A DNA stretch of 64,000 nucleotides from Balanoglossus misakiensis (Eukaryota > Animalia > Hemichordata), in the NCBI GenBank assembly GCA_040954595.2, contig CM082593.2, positions 1,188,901 through 1,252,900 of the forward strand. Direction: 5' to 3'. Every line of letters begins with the position of its first letter. The stretch's first letter is position 1. Made by a program: the position numbers and the translations under genes. Under the pieces are notes generated by a model that ran no database searches, had not been told where the DNA came from, and saw only the letters and a program-made list of their open reading frames with translations. Positions 1-12,439 of the stretch are shown piece after piece.

Positions 1-789
1 GTCAATTGTTTGCCCATGGGTCAGAATTAAATGCTAAGCCTAATACAAGTTTTGACACTCGTTTGAACTAGACACATGTATGCTCCTATATATCAAAACG
101 GCGTTTGGTCATCGACAATGACTTAACCTTGACTGTTTGAAATTACAGTAGTATAACCACAGTCCCTGTGTGGAGAGACTGTGTAGTAACATAGTGAAGC
201 TGTACTGGTGGTCAACAACATAACAATAATCATCTGTTGAATCCTCTCACATCATGTATTTTTGAGATTTTAACTCTCAAGATATCATACCTATTTGGAA
301 GAACACTACAGAACCTATGACAGCTGAAAATGCAATGAAGATCACCCAGTCAGCTCCAATATCTGCCATTGCTGCAAGCACCATACAACAGACGACATAC
401 ACACTAGTTTTGACCCTTCAACTTTGACCTCTGTACTTGGGTGACGTGTCCTTTGCCGAGACTTGTGTTTCCCATGATGCTTTGCTTTGCTCTGCTGCGA
501 GTTTAGTCTTCGGAGGTGTTAGGGAGATAGTCATAGTTGGAACACCTCATTTCTGTTGCATGTCTGTTTCTTTTGTGTATGTGCCATCACGTTCGTTTGA
601 TGGTTATCATACACAATGCCAATTGCTTGACAAAATCCAGCAACTTAAAAATTGCCTACATACTCAACGTTGTCAAGGGCGGGATAATTGGATAACTCGG
701 TGGTCAAACATTAATGAACTTCGGAAAATATATATACGATGTGGTCACTAGAGAATTGATCGTCTAGGGTGATGACTAACTTTGCATAG

Positions 790-1650
790 TACAAAAAGGG
801 TTATTGAACTGATGAACTGTACTTTCTTAAAAAAAAGAGAGAGAGCCACTATGTTTCGTTCAAACACTTGAAGAAGCGAAATAAAATAATTTGCCACAAG
901 GCAGTGACAATGGAGAAAGCCATAACTCGCTGGGTTCCTTGCTAGTTAACTATTATATTGTTATTTAGCAATCCTCTCTTATTCTGCAAATTCGTGAATT
1001 ATGTCTATAGCTGTAGGTAGCCAACATCACAACAATGTATGGAGGGACTATGTGTATGTTTGTGTGTATGTATATATACATGTACCTGTATGTTGAACCA
1101 ACAAATATTTTCATCAAGAAATATTTTCTAGTAATGTTCCAGTGGGTATTCACAAATGTATTAAAATTCATAGTTTTACAAATATGCAGTCCCTCGCGTC
1201 TGGAATTGGTCATGCTGATATTGAGGTTAATCGCTTTTATAGAGATAATATCCACTCGGTCATCAAAATCATCAATCTATGTCACACCTGCTCAAATCAT
1301 CATCATGTCAATTTGCTTCCTAACAGAACGTTTACAGGTTAAAACACTATAGGTGAACACTACGACTATACTCTAATACCATAAAGAAGAGGTGTACCAT
1401 ACTTTGACCAGGTGTGTGCGTAACGAATATCTTAGACAGAAACGCAAACTAGAGCCATCATCTCAAAATAAAATCTACCCTAGGGATAGGCACCAGATGT
1501 TATCCCTTTCCAAAATCACTTATGATTATAAATGATGTCGACTAGTAATTTAAATTAGAAGACAACTAATGACTTCATCTGTTCTTTTTGAGGATCTCAT
1601 ATGGAGGTCTGATGAAACACCTGTATAAATATTTAACTAGATGCTATTAC
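790..1650 (+). pseudogene. Decayed BTB-BACK (kelch-like) relic
   Basis: KIICHKAV at 883-906; after an insertion, KYFLVMF...LRLIAFI...IYVTPAQ...ERLQVKTL (ORF 1035-1352); then QMLSLSK, STSNLN, VLFEDLIW. By-eye match, approximate boundaries. Confidence 0.5.
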
Positions 1651-1885
1651 CTGTCAAGTTCTCTAAAATACAGAGCATTTCGTACTTTAATGGTTAATTA
1701 CTGAGTCATACATCTCTAGCGATCGGTATATATATATATTAAGAACGACGAACAAACTGGCCCATCAGATAATTTCACCTAAAGGCAGACAAATACTTAA
1801 ATGTAACATAAGTAGTGGCAAAGAGATACACACCCTTTGCCTGTAGTGTTTTGTAAAGTGTACAATTACAGTCACAGTTTGAGCA

Positions 1886-1968
1886 GTGAAGTGAAGTGAA
1901 GTGAAGTGTAGTGTAGTGTGAAGTTGTGTGGTGTGGTGTGGTGTGATGCGATGTAGTGTGGTGCGGTG
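1886..1968. repeat. Pentanucleotide microsatellite (GTGAA/GTGTA/GTGTG)n
   Basis: Visible tandem 5-mers drifting from GTGAA to GTGTG. Confidence 0.85.
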
Positions 1969-2496
1969 TTACATGTACAATGAGATATTGATAGTATACC
2001 CGGTATATTTTTTATAATACCATTTCTCAATAAGAGACTGAAATTCAAAGTATTCAAACAATTCACATTGTTTAACATAGTATACATGTATGTTCGAAGT
2101 GTGTGGCAAATTTTGCTATTGGATGCTTTAAATCATCCACCCGTCAGAAGATTCTTGCATCGGACAGAATATTTTCCCTCGGTTCAATATATACACAAAT
2201 TTCTTGTCTCCCGCATCCATCTTTTTAATATGTTTCATTTTACCGCATATTAATTAACTCGTCGGATTCTTTTTGTCGGCTTTCGCAAATCAAGCCTTCG
2301 TTAGGATAAAATTTGAAAGCAATAATGCGATCACGACTTCTCCCGCGGCACTGGTACCACAAGTCGTCATATTAAATATATGACATCCGAAACAAGCCCC
2401 GCATATCATTAACTTACCCACGCAGATGTCATTAAGAGGAATCTGCCAGCCTTTAAATACGACCACGCGCATGCAAAATATTTAGTTTCTGTAAAA

Positions 2497-3558
2497 ATGA
2501 CGTACGATAGCGACGATCTTCTGTTGGACGAGGAGAGCGGTGATGATGACCAGGACGGAGTAGAAAAGACTTCTTGGAATGGTCGGACGAAAACTGTAGT
2601 GGCCGTCACACTTGCATTGGTGTCTGGCGTCTGTCACGCCACTTCAGCATTGTTTACAGTTTTAGCTGTCAACGTCGGCTTCTCGGAATTTCAGATCATT
2701 TTTGTATCGAGCGCAGCCGGAACGCTGACATCGTTTATTATTGTAAGATTAGGACAATACCACCTTCTTGTGGACGACGGTTTCACAACGTTTTTACTGT
2801 TCGCCAACGCTGTGGTCATGCTGCTCGGCGATGCAAGTTACATCTACGCTGTACAGTGGGCACCTCTTGGGGATACAACGACTCTAGTCAACGCCTCAAT
2901 GCCAATTATGACAGCACTGCTTGCCTATGTCATCCTAAATGAATCTTGGACCATCGTTGATGCTGCGTGTTCTATACTGAGCATCTGTGGTATAATCCTC
3001 ATAACATACCCTTCTTTCGTTTTCAACCACACTTGGTCTGCAAAGGACAATTCATGCTTGGAAGCTTATGGCCTGGCTGTGTTTGCCGCTCTCTGCTATT
3101 CGCTGTCGCCGGTGCTGACTCGCAAGATGATGGAGACCAGCGTCTTCATCATCATGTTCTACCAGTTCAGCGTTCATTCCCTTCTCAGCCTACCCCTGAT
3201 GTACATCATGGAGCGTCCAAACTGGCGACTGAACGCGGAGAACACAGGTTACCTGATAGTTGTCACCATATTCGACGTTCTGGAATTGGGTATGCTGTTT
3301 AGAAGTGTCCAGATGGAATCTGCACCTACCGTTGTTCTTCTCTCAAACATCGACGTTGTTGTCACATATCTTTACGACCACTACATCCTCCACAAAACAC
3401 TGCATCCCCTAAAACTGGTCGGTGCTGCTATGGTCCTTGCCAGTTCGGCGATGGTCGCTGTTGCCGCAATGACAGCAAGACGATGCAAACATTGCAGGGA
3501 GCGCTGCAAGGACAAGAGTTCAGCCATTAATATAGGTGATCCTAAACGTTTAAAGTGA
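2497..3558 (+). CDS. Intronless SLC35G-like drug/metabolite (EamA x2) transporter, 353 aa
   Basis: Uninterrupted ORF with AAAATG start context and about 10 hydrophobic segments. Motif PLGDTTTLVNASMPIMTALLAYVILNESWT resembles SLC35G1-type PL.DAT....SP.FT...A...L.E. AATAAA at 3663-3668. Confidence 0.85.
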   Translation: MTYDSDDLLLDEESGDDDQDGVEKTSWNGRTKTVVAVTLALVSGVCHATSALFTVLAVNVGFSEFQIIFVSSAAGTLTSFIIVRLGQYHLLVDDGFTTFLLFANAVVMLLGDASYIYAVQWAPLGDTTTLVNASMPIMTALLAYVILNESWTIVDAACSILSICGIILITYPSFVFNHTWSAKDNSCLEAYGLAVFAALCYSLSPVLTRKMMETSVFIIMFYQFSVHSLLSLPLMYIMERPNWRLNAENTGYLIVVTIFDVLELGMLFRSVQMESAPTVVLLSNIDVVVTYLYDHYILHKTLHPLKLVGAAMVLASSAMVAVAAMTARRCKHCRERCKDKSSAINIGDPKRLK

Positions 3559-3899
3559 TTAATATGTCTTTAAGAACTCATAACGCTAAACATCCATTGA
3601 TTTGGAATTATATTTGGGTATTTTAGGGAATAATGCTATATTCAGTAACATTTTAAAAAGTGAATAAAAGTTATAAATCATCTTGGCTTTTTTATTGCTC
3701 CAAAAGAATTTGATCAAATTTTACTTTTAAGACACGCACCAAAGTTTTTGACAAACTTGATATTTGGTGGAAACTAAACAAAGAATATAGGTATGGGAGT
3801 TTGCATTTTACAGACTTAAAAAAACTGAAGTTCATAAACATCACAGACGTTTCGTTAGAAATGAATGAACGTATTAATCGGTGTTTGATTTTCAAGCAG

Positions 3900-4890
3900 A
3901 AATCATAAAATTCAGAGGCAAGGCAAACAAGACGTAAACTAAAGTATTTCCCCTGAGGAAAATTGATCTTCGTCATTGATAATGAATGACGTTGTGTCCT
4001 CGAGTCTCTTGCGGAATTAGAGTCTCGGCATACTCTGACTTGAATCCCCGAAATAACGAAGATAATTTGCGACATCATATTCTCAGCAACATCTTTGCAA
4101 TTGGTTAGGCTGTTTTTCGCTTTACTCCAATTTATTTTAAGTTTTACTACCTCTGGATCTATCTGTTTATTTTTAGGAAGCTAAGTCTTTGATGGATTGT
4201 TTAACTTTCATACACTCTGCCACGGTGAACTTGTGAAATGTTCATGGTTAATGTACACATACAAAATTCAAGCCATGTACGCAATTCGGAAGCATATCGA
4301 ATCTTATGCAAGATACTTCATTTTTGCATGTGTATTAATGACTATTGTTTAATTATTAAAAAATAAGATGATTGTCAATATTCATATACCTCAGATCGTG
4401 CCTTGGTTAGCATATCCGGCGGTATAGGTCTGATGTGGCGAGAGAAAGACTGAATTAATTTCAATGTGGACTGTTTGAAATTAAGTTTAGACACTGTCAT
4501 CTTCGTCGATCTCTACACAACCTCGTAAAACACATGTTCTTTACTTTCCTCACAAACACTCGAACCAAGGACAGGGGGAAACTTCGCTAACGTTAACTTT
4601 GAGTCCCTCGAGATGTTCTGTCAGGTGTCTTAACCTTGACCTTCTGGATCGTATTCTGATCTGTTTGGAATTAACACTGGGAAGATGGGTGTATGGCAGA
4701 TAGACACAGGATATACTTTGCATATTCTTGTGATTATCGTGTTCACAACCTGGGACGTACATGTATAGTAGCAGCCGAGAACCAATGGAACTAAAACAAC
4801 TGCAACAGGGCTAGCGAACCAGTAACCACAAACAAAGTGGACAGAACGATCAACTGACAAACAGGTTAAATTTTCCATATACAAAATGTA
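3900..4890 (-). pseudogene. Decayed TRIM-like (RING...coiled-coil) relic
   Basis: ENLTC...SICHTP (degenerate RING) and a coiled-coil end CC*EYDVANYLRYFGDSSQSM...KRLED. Weak. Confidence 0.25.
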
Positions 4891-5421
4891 CAGCAATATC
4901 TTCTACAGGCCTCCCAACAACTGAACAACAATCAATTATACCGGTATGAGAACTCAGTAAAACATGCGAGGCTATGAAATACTAGATTTTTAATTGGATA
5001 TACGCAAGAAATTGCTTTTTCATAAAATATTCATGGCAGAAACATTAAATATAATATTGTTTTTACCAACAGGTTCTGTCCCTCGACAATAAACGTTTGT
5101 AAAGTCTGTGCTATTATTTATTATACCCCACTTTGATGGACATTCATTTCAATAAAGACGAACAGTTATTATTGTCCCATGAACCATGCTCATCAAACTT
5201 TACCCGTAGGCCGACCCCTGAGGTCTATTAATTCTGTTGGTACAGGCTCCGGGGGAATGTTCTGGGAAGTAACCAATTCTACACTGCCGTAAGTTTCCAG
5301 TTACTGTAATCCCATTAGCGATCTGTCATTTAACATTGCATGAGAATGGAAGAGATGGCGTTGTAGTAACGAAGGGTACTTCGCCCTATTTCGAAATATG
5401 GAGTTTACAGGGTTGCAGACT

Positions 5422-5480
5422 GAGAGAGAGGTGGAAAGGAGAGAGAGAGAGAGGGAGGGGGGGGATATAGAGGGAGGGAG
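5422..5480. repeat. GA/G-rich polypurine tract
   Basis: gagagagag...gagggagggggggg...gaggggagggag. Confidence 0.75.
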
Positions 5481-5549
5481 TATTGCTGACACATGAAAGA
5501 ATCATACTTTCTATCAATATTCTAGTCATTGATTTCGCTATTAGCATTT

Positions 5550-6230
5550 GTACCAGCGTTACCTAAATGTATTACGACCAAATGTATGGCTGTTTGTTTC
5601 ATATGAATGATAATATGTTGGATGAGATACGTGGTACAGCTTCGGAATCCCTGGAATATGCAACGAATACATTGGGTACTAATTACCTAAAAACTCAACT
5701 ATATTCAGGTAATTTATATATTCGGGCCTTTAATCTACAAATATTTACAAGAGTGATAAATGAGTTAATAACGTGATCATGACTCATAACAGACGGAATA
5801 TTTGATCTGGACGCATTTACAAATATTTAATTCATCTAAATTCATAGACAAACGCCTCTAGTCTGGGAAGATAATGATCCACGACTGTTAGTATGTAACA
5901 AGTGTCGCCATCCCCCCTTGAAATAAAAAAAAGTATTATCATGAACATCAGGATGTTATCTTAAACACGGGTCACTTAATTAGTAAGGTGTCAACATCCC
6001 AGTAAATCTGCGACTACTGATGTACATTCAGAAGACATTTTATGATGACAGCGAGTTTTGAATAGCCATATTTCTGGCCTTAAAACAAATGTCCAGAATG
6101 GAAGACAAAAAAGGCGTCCATGGCAAAAAAAGTACTTGACAAGTAGGAACTTAATCCTGTTAGGCAGAAGACAATCATGATCAGTCAAGAACCAAATCTC
6201 GAGAACTTAAACGTTGGTGATCGCAAACGT
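5550..6230 (-). pseudogene. Decayed TRIM-like relic downstream of duplicated block copy 1
   Basis: VKYFFCHGRLFCLPF (RING K.L.C.H.FC..C pattern), then LNICKC and NIPSVMSHDHVI (B-box1-like). Confidence 0.35.
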
Positions 6231-6409
6231 ACTCTATGAGGGCGCAATGACATATTGTTTCAGAGGACAATTTGTTTTACCTTTCACAATGGCCAACATA
6301 CCACAGCGCCACCAAGCAGTGGAAATAAATATTACTTGGTATGAACCATGCATGTACAGGATCAATTAATGAAAGGGATTGAATATTCAGGAAAATCTAG
6401 AAAATTCAC

Positions 6410-6420
6410 GGGGATTCCCC
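6410..6420. promoter_or_regulatory. NF-kB site GGGGATTCCCC (paired with GGGATTTCCC at 7491-7500)
   Basis: Matches the kB consensus GGGRNWYYCC and is conserved in both copies of the duplicated block. Confidence 0.45.
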
Positions 6421-6889
6421 CGTCGTTTAACCGAGAGCCAAGTTTTCCGTTCTCATTCAGGCAAACAACACTCGATGTTCTATAAATCTTTACAGTGTAA
6501 ATAGTTTCGTTTTACGCGATGACGTAATGTTGAAATAAAATAATATAAGAACACGCTTTCTGTGAATGTTTCAATCACTGTAAAGGAAAGCGTATGGAAT
6601 AAAGTAAAAGACCATGTATTTACACTGATAATTATGATTCCACTCGCATACAAGTTTCAAATATAGGGTATCATTGCGATAAATCAAAGCAAGACTTTCA
6701 AATGTACGCTACGGACTCGTTCCGTTCATAACATACTTTATATGCTTCTCCACGGGTTCTTAATTGGTCATACGATGAATACAACATGCAATAAAAAGAT
6801 CAGATCAGTGTCCATTGCAATGGAAATGCTATCTTGGATACATAAGCGTGAATGATATATATTCAGACACCACGTGAATCATGAGGTAC

Positions 6890-7330
6890 TATGAGATGTA
6901 TATAACACCGAATGTTGAATCAAGGTGACATTGCAACAACCTTGGAAAAGTAGTACGAGTAGGTCTACTGCAAAAACTTAGAGCAGCGTTGGAAATGTCA
7001 TGAGAGAAGTATCTCATGGAAAGAGTAATTTTACCCACCACCGAGTTGTACGATACAAGAGGAAATTGTGTGATTTCAAACGCACCGGGAAAACATTTTA
7101 AACGTGGGTGTAGGCTTAGATAACCACAGTCCCCCCTGTAATAGAGAGACTGTAGGCTAACTAATAAGCCAGTTGTGTGTTGGTACATGCTGGAAGCTAT
7201 CTTCCCATGACCCTTTGCACGCTCCAGTGTTCTCAGCAGTCGATGTATCAACTGGACTTTTGTAATTTGATACACGGAAGGGCACACTAAAAGATTCATT
7301 TGAAACAAAATCAAGAAATGAAATCTTAGA
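6890..7330 (-). pseudogene. Decayed TRIM-like relic downstream of duplicated block copy 2
   Basis: Frameshift-joined SFLDFVSNE-LLVCP...NYKSP, GKIASSMYQHTT (G.I.CP.C pattern) and ALSFCSRPTRTTFPRLLQCH (B-box1). Confidence 0.45.
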
Positions 7331-8349
7331 CAAACACAGTTGCAATCATACCCATCTCTGTTCTACACTTGATATATTTTAGATGGTGTAACGATTGGCA
7401 CCAGGTAAGGCACCCGTCAATCACTATCAAACAATCAATTAGAAGATCCAATCAGTGTACTGTAAACATAGTCGTCACCAGAGAATGCAAGGGATTTCCC
7501 CGTCGTTTACCCGGACGAAAACTCATTTCCTTGTTTTGTAAAATGTTTTCGTTCGCTAAGTGGCACCTGAGGTTGTTAAGATGTTAACAGGTTATATATT
7601 CTTGGCGTTGCTGTTGAAATAAAATAACGGTAAACTTACAGTGAATATGGGCTGTCAGATGGGATTTTATTTACATTCACGTTTATGGTTCTACTTTCAG
7701 AAAGATTTTAAATATAATGTATAATGGGAATAAATAGCCGCGAGATATTCAAACATTTGATACAAACTCATTGCGATCATAAATTCACTTAATACTTCCC
7801 CCTGGGTTTGTAATTGGTCAGAAGATGAATGTAACACGCAATAAAGCGATCATCGCCCATTGCCATGGAAAACGTTGTCTTGGATTTAAATACGAAAATT
7901 GTATAAGTAGACGAAGTGATAACCATTGGGTTCTTAGAGGTTGACATAAAATCGGGTTGGCCATTTTGGAGGTATCATTTATCAAATGCAAATGTATACA
8001 TCACGTGTTAATCCCTAGGCACTAAGGTGCTGTGTCCCCAATACTATATAAGACTTTGTTCAGCCCCATCTGATTTGTCCCACGCAGTTTGCGTGGAGAA
8101 GAAACTGAAAACAACACATCCAGGTAGAGCATTGCGACGCGTTAAAAGGGGTAAGTTTGTTATTACTGTTGAACTACCTTATTCTTAACTGTAACCAGTC
8201 AACAAAACGTTTTACCCCAAAAGACAATTCATTCACTATTCAATAACGGGCACCTGTTGCATCGATTGTCTAATATTTATAGTCGTATACAGCGCCTTCA
8301 TAGGTTATTTGGTTGGTGACTCAAAGAAAACGGGCTACTAGTATCTAAA

Positions 8350-9150
8350 AGAAGTAGCTTGGATTCGGCTTGGAGTACTTTCTGTTAACACTTTTGCACT
8401 TCTTGTCTGGTGACATTCATAGCGCCCCCACACAGTTTTCTTAATCTTTATAGGTTGAATTCAGCTATCAACGAGCATATTGGCATTCTTCGACTACATC
8501 GTTTTTCTACTTCGAACAAATACAGTCTCATCTTAAAAGTAATCCTTGTGACGTCTTGTCATACCGAAAGTATAATTGAATAATTTTACAGACCTCCATA
8601 ACCCCTGTGTTCAATCTGAACCCTTCAGAAGTTATTTTCATAACCTATTTTTTTCGTAAGTCCGTCCGGCTTTGAATCTTTCCATTCCTATTTGCTTAAA
8701 TCATTAAGCGAGATATTCATGTCACCTCTCCAAGGATCGCCATACATGTTTTATTTGTAGTCTTCACACTGAAATAACTCATCCTGAAAATGGAACATTT
8801 CTTCCCTGGATGATCATTACACTTTGGAACATAGCATTTTATAATTGGCACAGGGAACCTGCCATTTTGAATTCACAACACCCGCTCTTGTTGGAGTACC
8901 ACATATCTCTAGGAGATATGAAAAGCGCCAGTTTTCAACATTTGACAGAGAGGCGAAGGTTAGGAGAGTCCTAGATGTTTCTCGAGTCACGTACAATTAT
9001 TGTGTGTTTTATTGAAACCGAGACTTGCAGGCTCTCAAGACTAAGCATCATGGTGCATTTGTAGACAAATTTTTTTAAAATCTTGCTGTGTTGCAAGCTT
9101 CTGGAGAACAGCCGGCCAAATCACATTTTCTCATCAGTAACAAAAAGTGT
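8350..9150 (-). pseudogene. Decayed TRIM-like relic
   Basis: DE...CS...NTA/KIL..CL (RING start), VPKCNDHPGKK (B-box2) and ISLNDLSK leading into coiled-coil-like sequence. Weak. Confidence 0.27.
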
Positions 9151-9299
9151 CAATCTTTTTTTCTTGTATGGTATAACTGAAAACACAGTATTTGGGCTTT
9201 CTTATCGTATTATTGTACAACAATACTATCGTAAAGATCATTGATAGCAGAAATTGTTAATATATTCTTAGATTAGCAGTATGACCTAGGAACCATTAT

Positions 9300-9730
9300 T
9301 TCTGTGTAACCGTCAGATCAAGGTGATCCATTTTCATTGGCTTGCAAATACATTGATTTGTCACGGTGTGATTATTTATTGCAGTGCTCTCACGCTTTCA
9401 AGATAATCATCATCACAAATTATTTCTGGGACATGGAAGTGAACTTCCAAAATTGATGTCACATTATTTGTAGCTGTAGAACGTTACCGTAATTGAAGGC
9501 ATTTTTCATATTGTCCGTGGTGCATTGGGTTGGCCGTTTCCTGTCGTTCAATGAAATCTGATATTCACAGTTATTTTCCGCATCGAGTCTGCAGATCCAA
9601 GAGAGGTTCACAAGAGTAATTTCTCGACATAACTAGCAACAACCACGAAACTGTTAAAAAAGTTAAATGCTTTTAAGTCGAAGTATATTTACGGTGCTAA
9701 AGAAGATGGCTTTTTCAACGAAACGAAATA
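9300..9730 (-). pseudogene. Decayed BTB relic
   Basis: VVVASY...RKITVNI...NVLQL...ICDDDYLES in BTB order. Confidence 0.3.
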
Positions 9731-9949
9731 TCAAACACGCTCGGATGACGAAGCATTATCATGCATAATATATAACACGTTATAAGTGAAGTATCAGAGT
9801 CCTGGATTTATGGGAATCTTTCTTTCATGTACATTTCAAAGAAAATACTATAAATGTAAAAACAGTAATAAGTACTGCTATGATTTTATATTCTCGAAGG
9901 CATTTGTATTCATTGGGGTCGATCGAGGTATCTGTACATTAACGCAGCC

Positions 9950-10640
9950 TGTGTTGAAATGTCAGAAGAAGAGATTACATCAGTTTTGATTGAGCATTGC
10001 TGGGTCCACGTTGATGACAAAAACTCTTTCATGTTTTTCAATAATGATTCGTCTGCCAATCAGAGCGATCATAAAACAGTTTTATTGAAAAACACCGGTT
10101 GATGCAAACACTCTTAATCTTCAAGTATCGCGTCATTTGGTGAACTTGTTAAAGAGAGGTGGGATGTTATACTTAAAGGATTTAGCCGTTAGGAGTTTTG
10201 AGATTCGCTCTGAAATGGAATTTTCGTGAGATGAGATTTTAGGAAAGCGGCGATTTGCGTGCCAGCCGAGGGCCCTTTTCGAACAGCAGCATAAAAAACC
10301 CAACTTCAAGCTAATCAACGTTAGGACTTCACTGGGTATTTATTCAATGTGTTCATGAAGTCTCGGAGGAATGTTTATTTCTGAACGGAATATCTGTTAA
10401 AACCATAGTTTTCAAGCGAATTGACGATTATTTCGGAGTCGATTTTGTCTGTGAAGGTAAACTATTCCAGCAAAGTGAACATGGTGCATCTCCTACTCAG
10501 TTGAAATCATCACATTGGAAACTGTTCTTTGACAACTTTCGCTATACTGTGCTTTAACTTTTCCCATCACTGAAGTGCTGCTTTATACTAGTGCAATATA
10601 CAGTCTCCTAAAACCTGTATCGTCAGAATGCATCGGAGTT
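9950..10640 (-). pseudogene. Decayed TRIM-like relic
   Basis: ETVYCT...FSDGK...NSFQC...GDAPCSLCWNSLP (RING), then FLCCCSK...H..RFPKISSHENSISE (B-box1) and NIPP...H (B-box2 lead-in). Confidence 0.4.
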
Positions 10641-11449
10641 TCCAGATGACATCTGTGTACCCCAAAGGACGCAATTAGGCTTCCTTGCTTATCTCTGCCA
10701 CATCTTAATTGCATTTCAATTGACTCGTCTGTCCTCCAAGTGACGAGATTTTTCTCCGTGATACGTGTACTTTTCTGCTATTATCAGAAAATGTCTGGAT
10801 TGCACTGAGGCGTTGCCTAGTAACCAGGAAATGTGAGTGATTTAAGGGCATGGCTAGACTGAGATTTCACACTCAAATAGCCGATCGAAAAGTCCTCTAC
10901 TCTGGAATGATAACGTGTGAACATCTGCAGTGCAATTTTGAACTGTCATTTACCAAACACGAACATATAAACTGACAAAAGTGATGCATGTAGGCTTTAA
11001 TTCGAGAAAAGCATACGTCAAGATTTTCTTTGGGTGGAATGACATACACAAAGTTTTATTGAAAATCTACCTCTACATTCGTTCAAACAGAGAGAGAATC
11101 CCTTAAATCTTAAATGGATCATCTTATCATTTATGTCGCTTACGGTATGCATGGCAATTATTTTGAATGATTTGTGGATCACGTCAAGACATGATGCATC
11201 AATAAGCCTCAGAAATCCTCAAGGATGAAAAGACATATGTTATTGGTGTCTACGTTTGGCAAAAAGTTGTCACCAAGACTTTTACATATCACAAGTACAC
11301 CTTTGCGTTCTGTCAGATGACAAAACTTATGCATATTTTCTCCATTTCTGTACAATCTCATCAAAGCAAACCTTTTCTTAATCTGTGGTGTAATTTAAAC
11401 CCACTAGACGAACCAGGCGCGTCTAGACTGTCGACTGTTTAAATTAGCG

Positions 11450-12090
11450 TTGCCCACAGATTTTAGCATACAGTCTAATCAAATGACGTAGTTTAGGATA
11501 CATTGTATTAGTGGATTTTCACACAGTATGTATATTGAAGATTGGTATTTGCGGCTTACAACAGTCCTCGGTGCCTGCTAGTCGGAACAATCATTCTCAG
11601 AAAGTTTTAAGAAAGATAATTAAAACGCAGAAAGGAACACACAACTCTCGACATTTTAATCTCTAGTTTACAATTCTCAATTCCACTTGCGCATAAACGA
11701 ACAAGTTTGGACCAGGAAGTATTCATGTTCGATATCATACACGAAAGCCAACGATTCATGAATAAAATCCGTCCTTATTCAACCGGCAATTTGAGAAGAG
11801 GCGTACATCTGATTTTTATCTCTTTTCAGAAAATGGCACGAACTCTAGAACATGTTCCTGATTACGGTAGCCATAGGTGATTGCAAAGAAACATGGTCGA
11901 AGGTTTTTAAATCTGATGCTTGAACAATAAGTGTAGTCGTGTACCAGATCATTAGGCGTCCTGTTGAGCATGATTACTAGAACTTTGAAACCCACCGTCA
12001 CCTCGGGCCAATTCAGCGAAGTGTATTTTCTTGTGAAATCAATCCATGAATTCAGCAGCGATGACATTACAAGTTGGCCACGTGACAATT
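11450..12090 (-). pseudogene. Decayed BTB-BACK relic
   Basis: SSLLNSW...EVTVGFK...MYASSQI...LVQTCSFMRK/IENC...VCSFL..NYLS*NFSE; motif order and spacing fit BTB-BACK. Confidence 0.55.
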
Positions 12091-12439
12091 TTCAACCAAT
12101 AGAAGACAAGACCGCTGGCAATACACGGCATCACAAATTTTCATGTAAGGTATAAAATAATTGCTCATCCTTATTTACTATTCCATGCCGAGGTTGACGG
12201 TAAATTTCAATCCCATTTTGGAGGCATTTAGAATCAATTTCCGGTGTAAATTTATGCTGTAGCGATAAACCATGCAAAGTCTTTATGAAAGATCTGTAGG
12301 CATACATCTTAGTTTTATCTTAGATGGCATGGTACAACAGGGCAAATAGAAATAGATAAAACAAGGAATTTCTGTCGGTGAACCGCGCCACTACTGGTGT
12401 GTTTTGAGCAAAGGCAGCATATGTACGGCATATGTGTCA

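Larger units (their letters stand above)
6400..7890. repeat. Diverged direct duplication of a ~450-bp block (about 6400-6840 and 7480-7890)
   Basis: Shared segments in the same order: gggattcccccgtcgttta/gggatttccccgtcgttta, tgttgaaataaaataa, taattggtca..gatgaat..aaca.gcaataaa, ccattgc.atggaaa, tcttggat. Confidence 0.8.
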
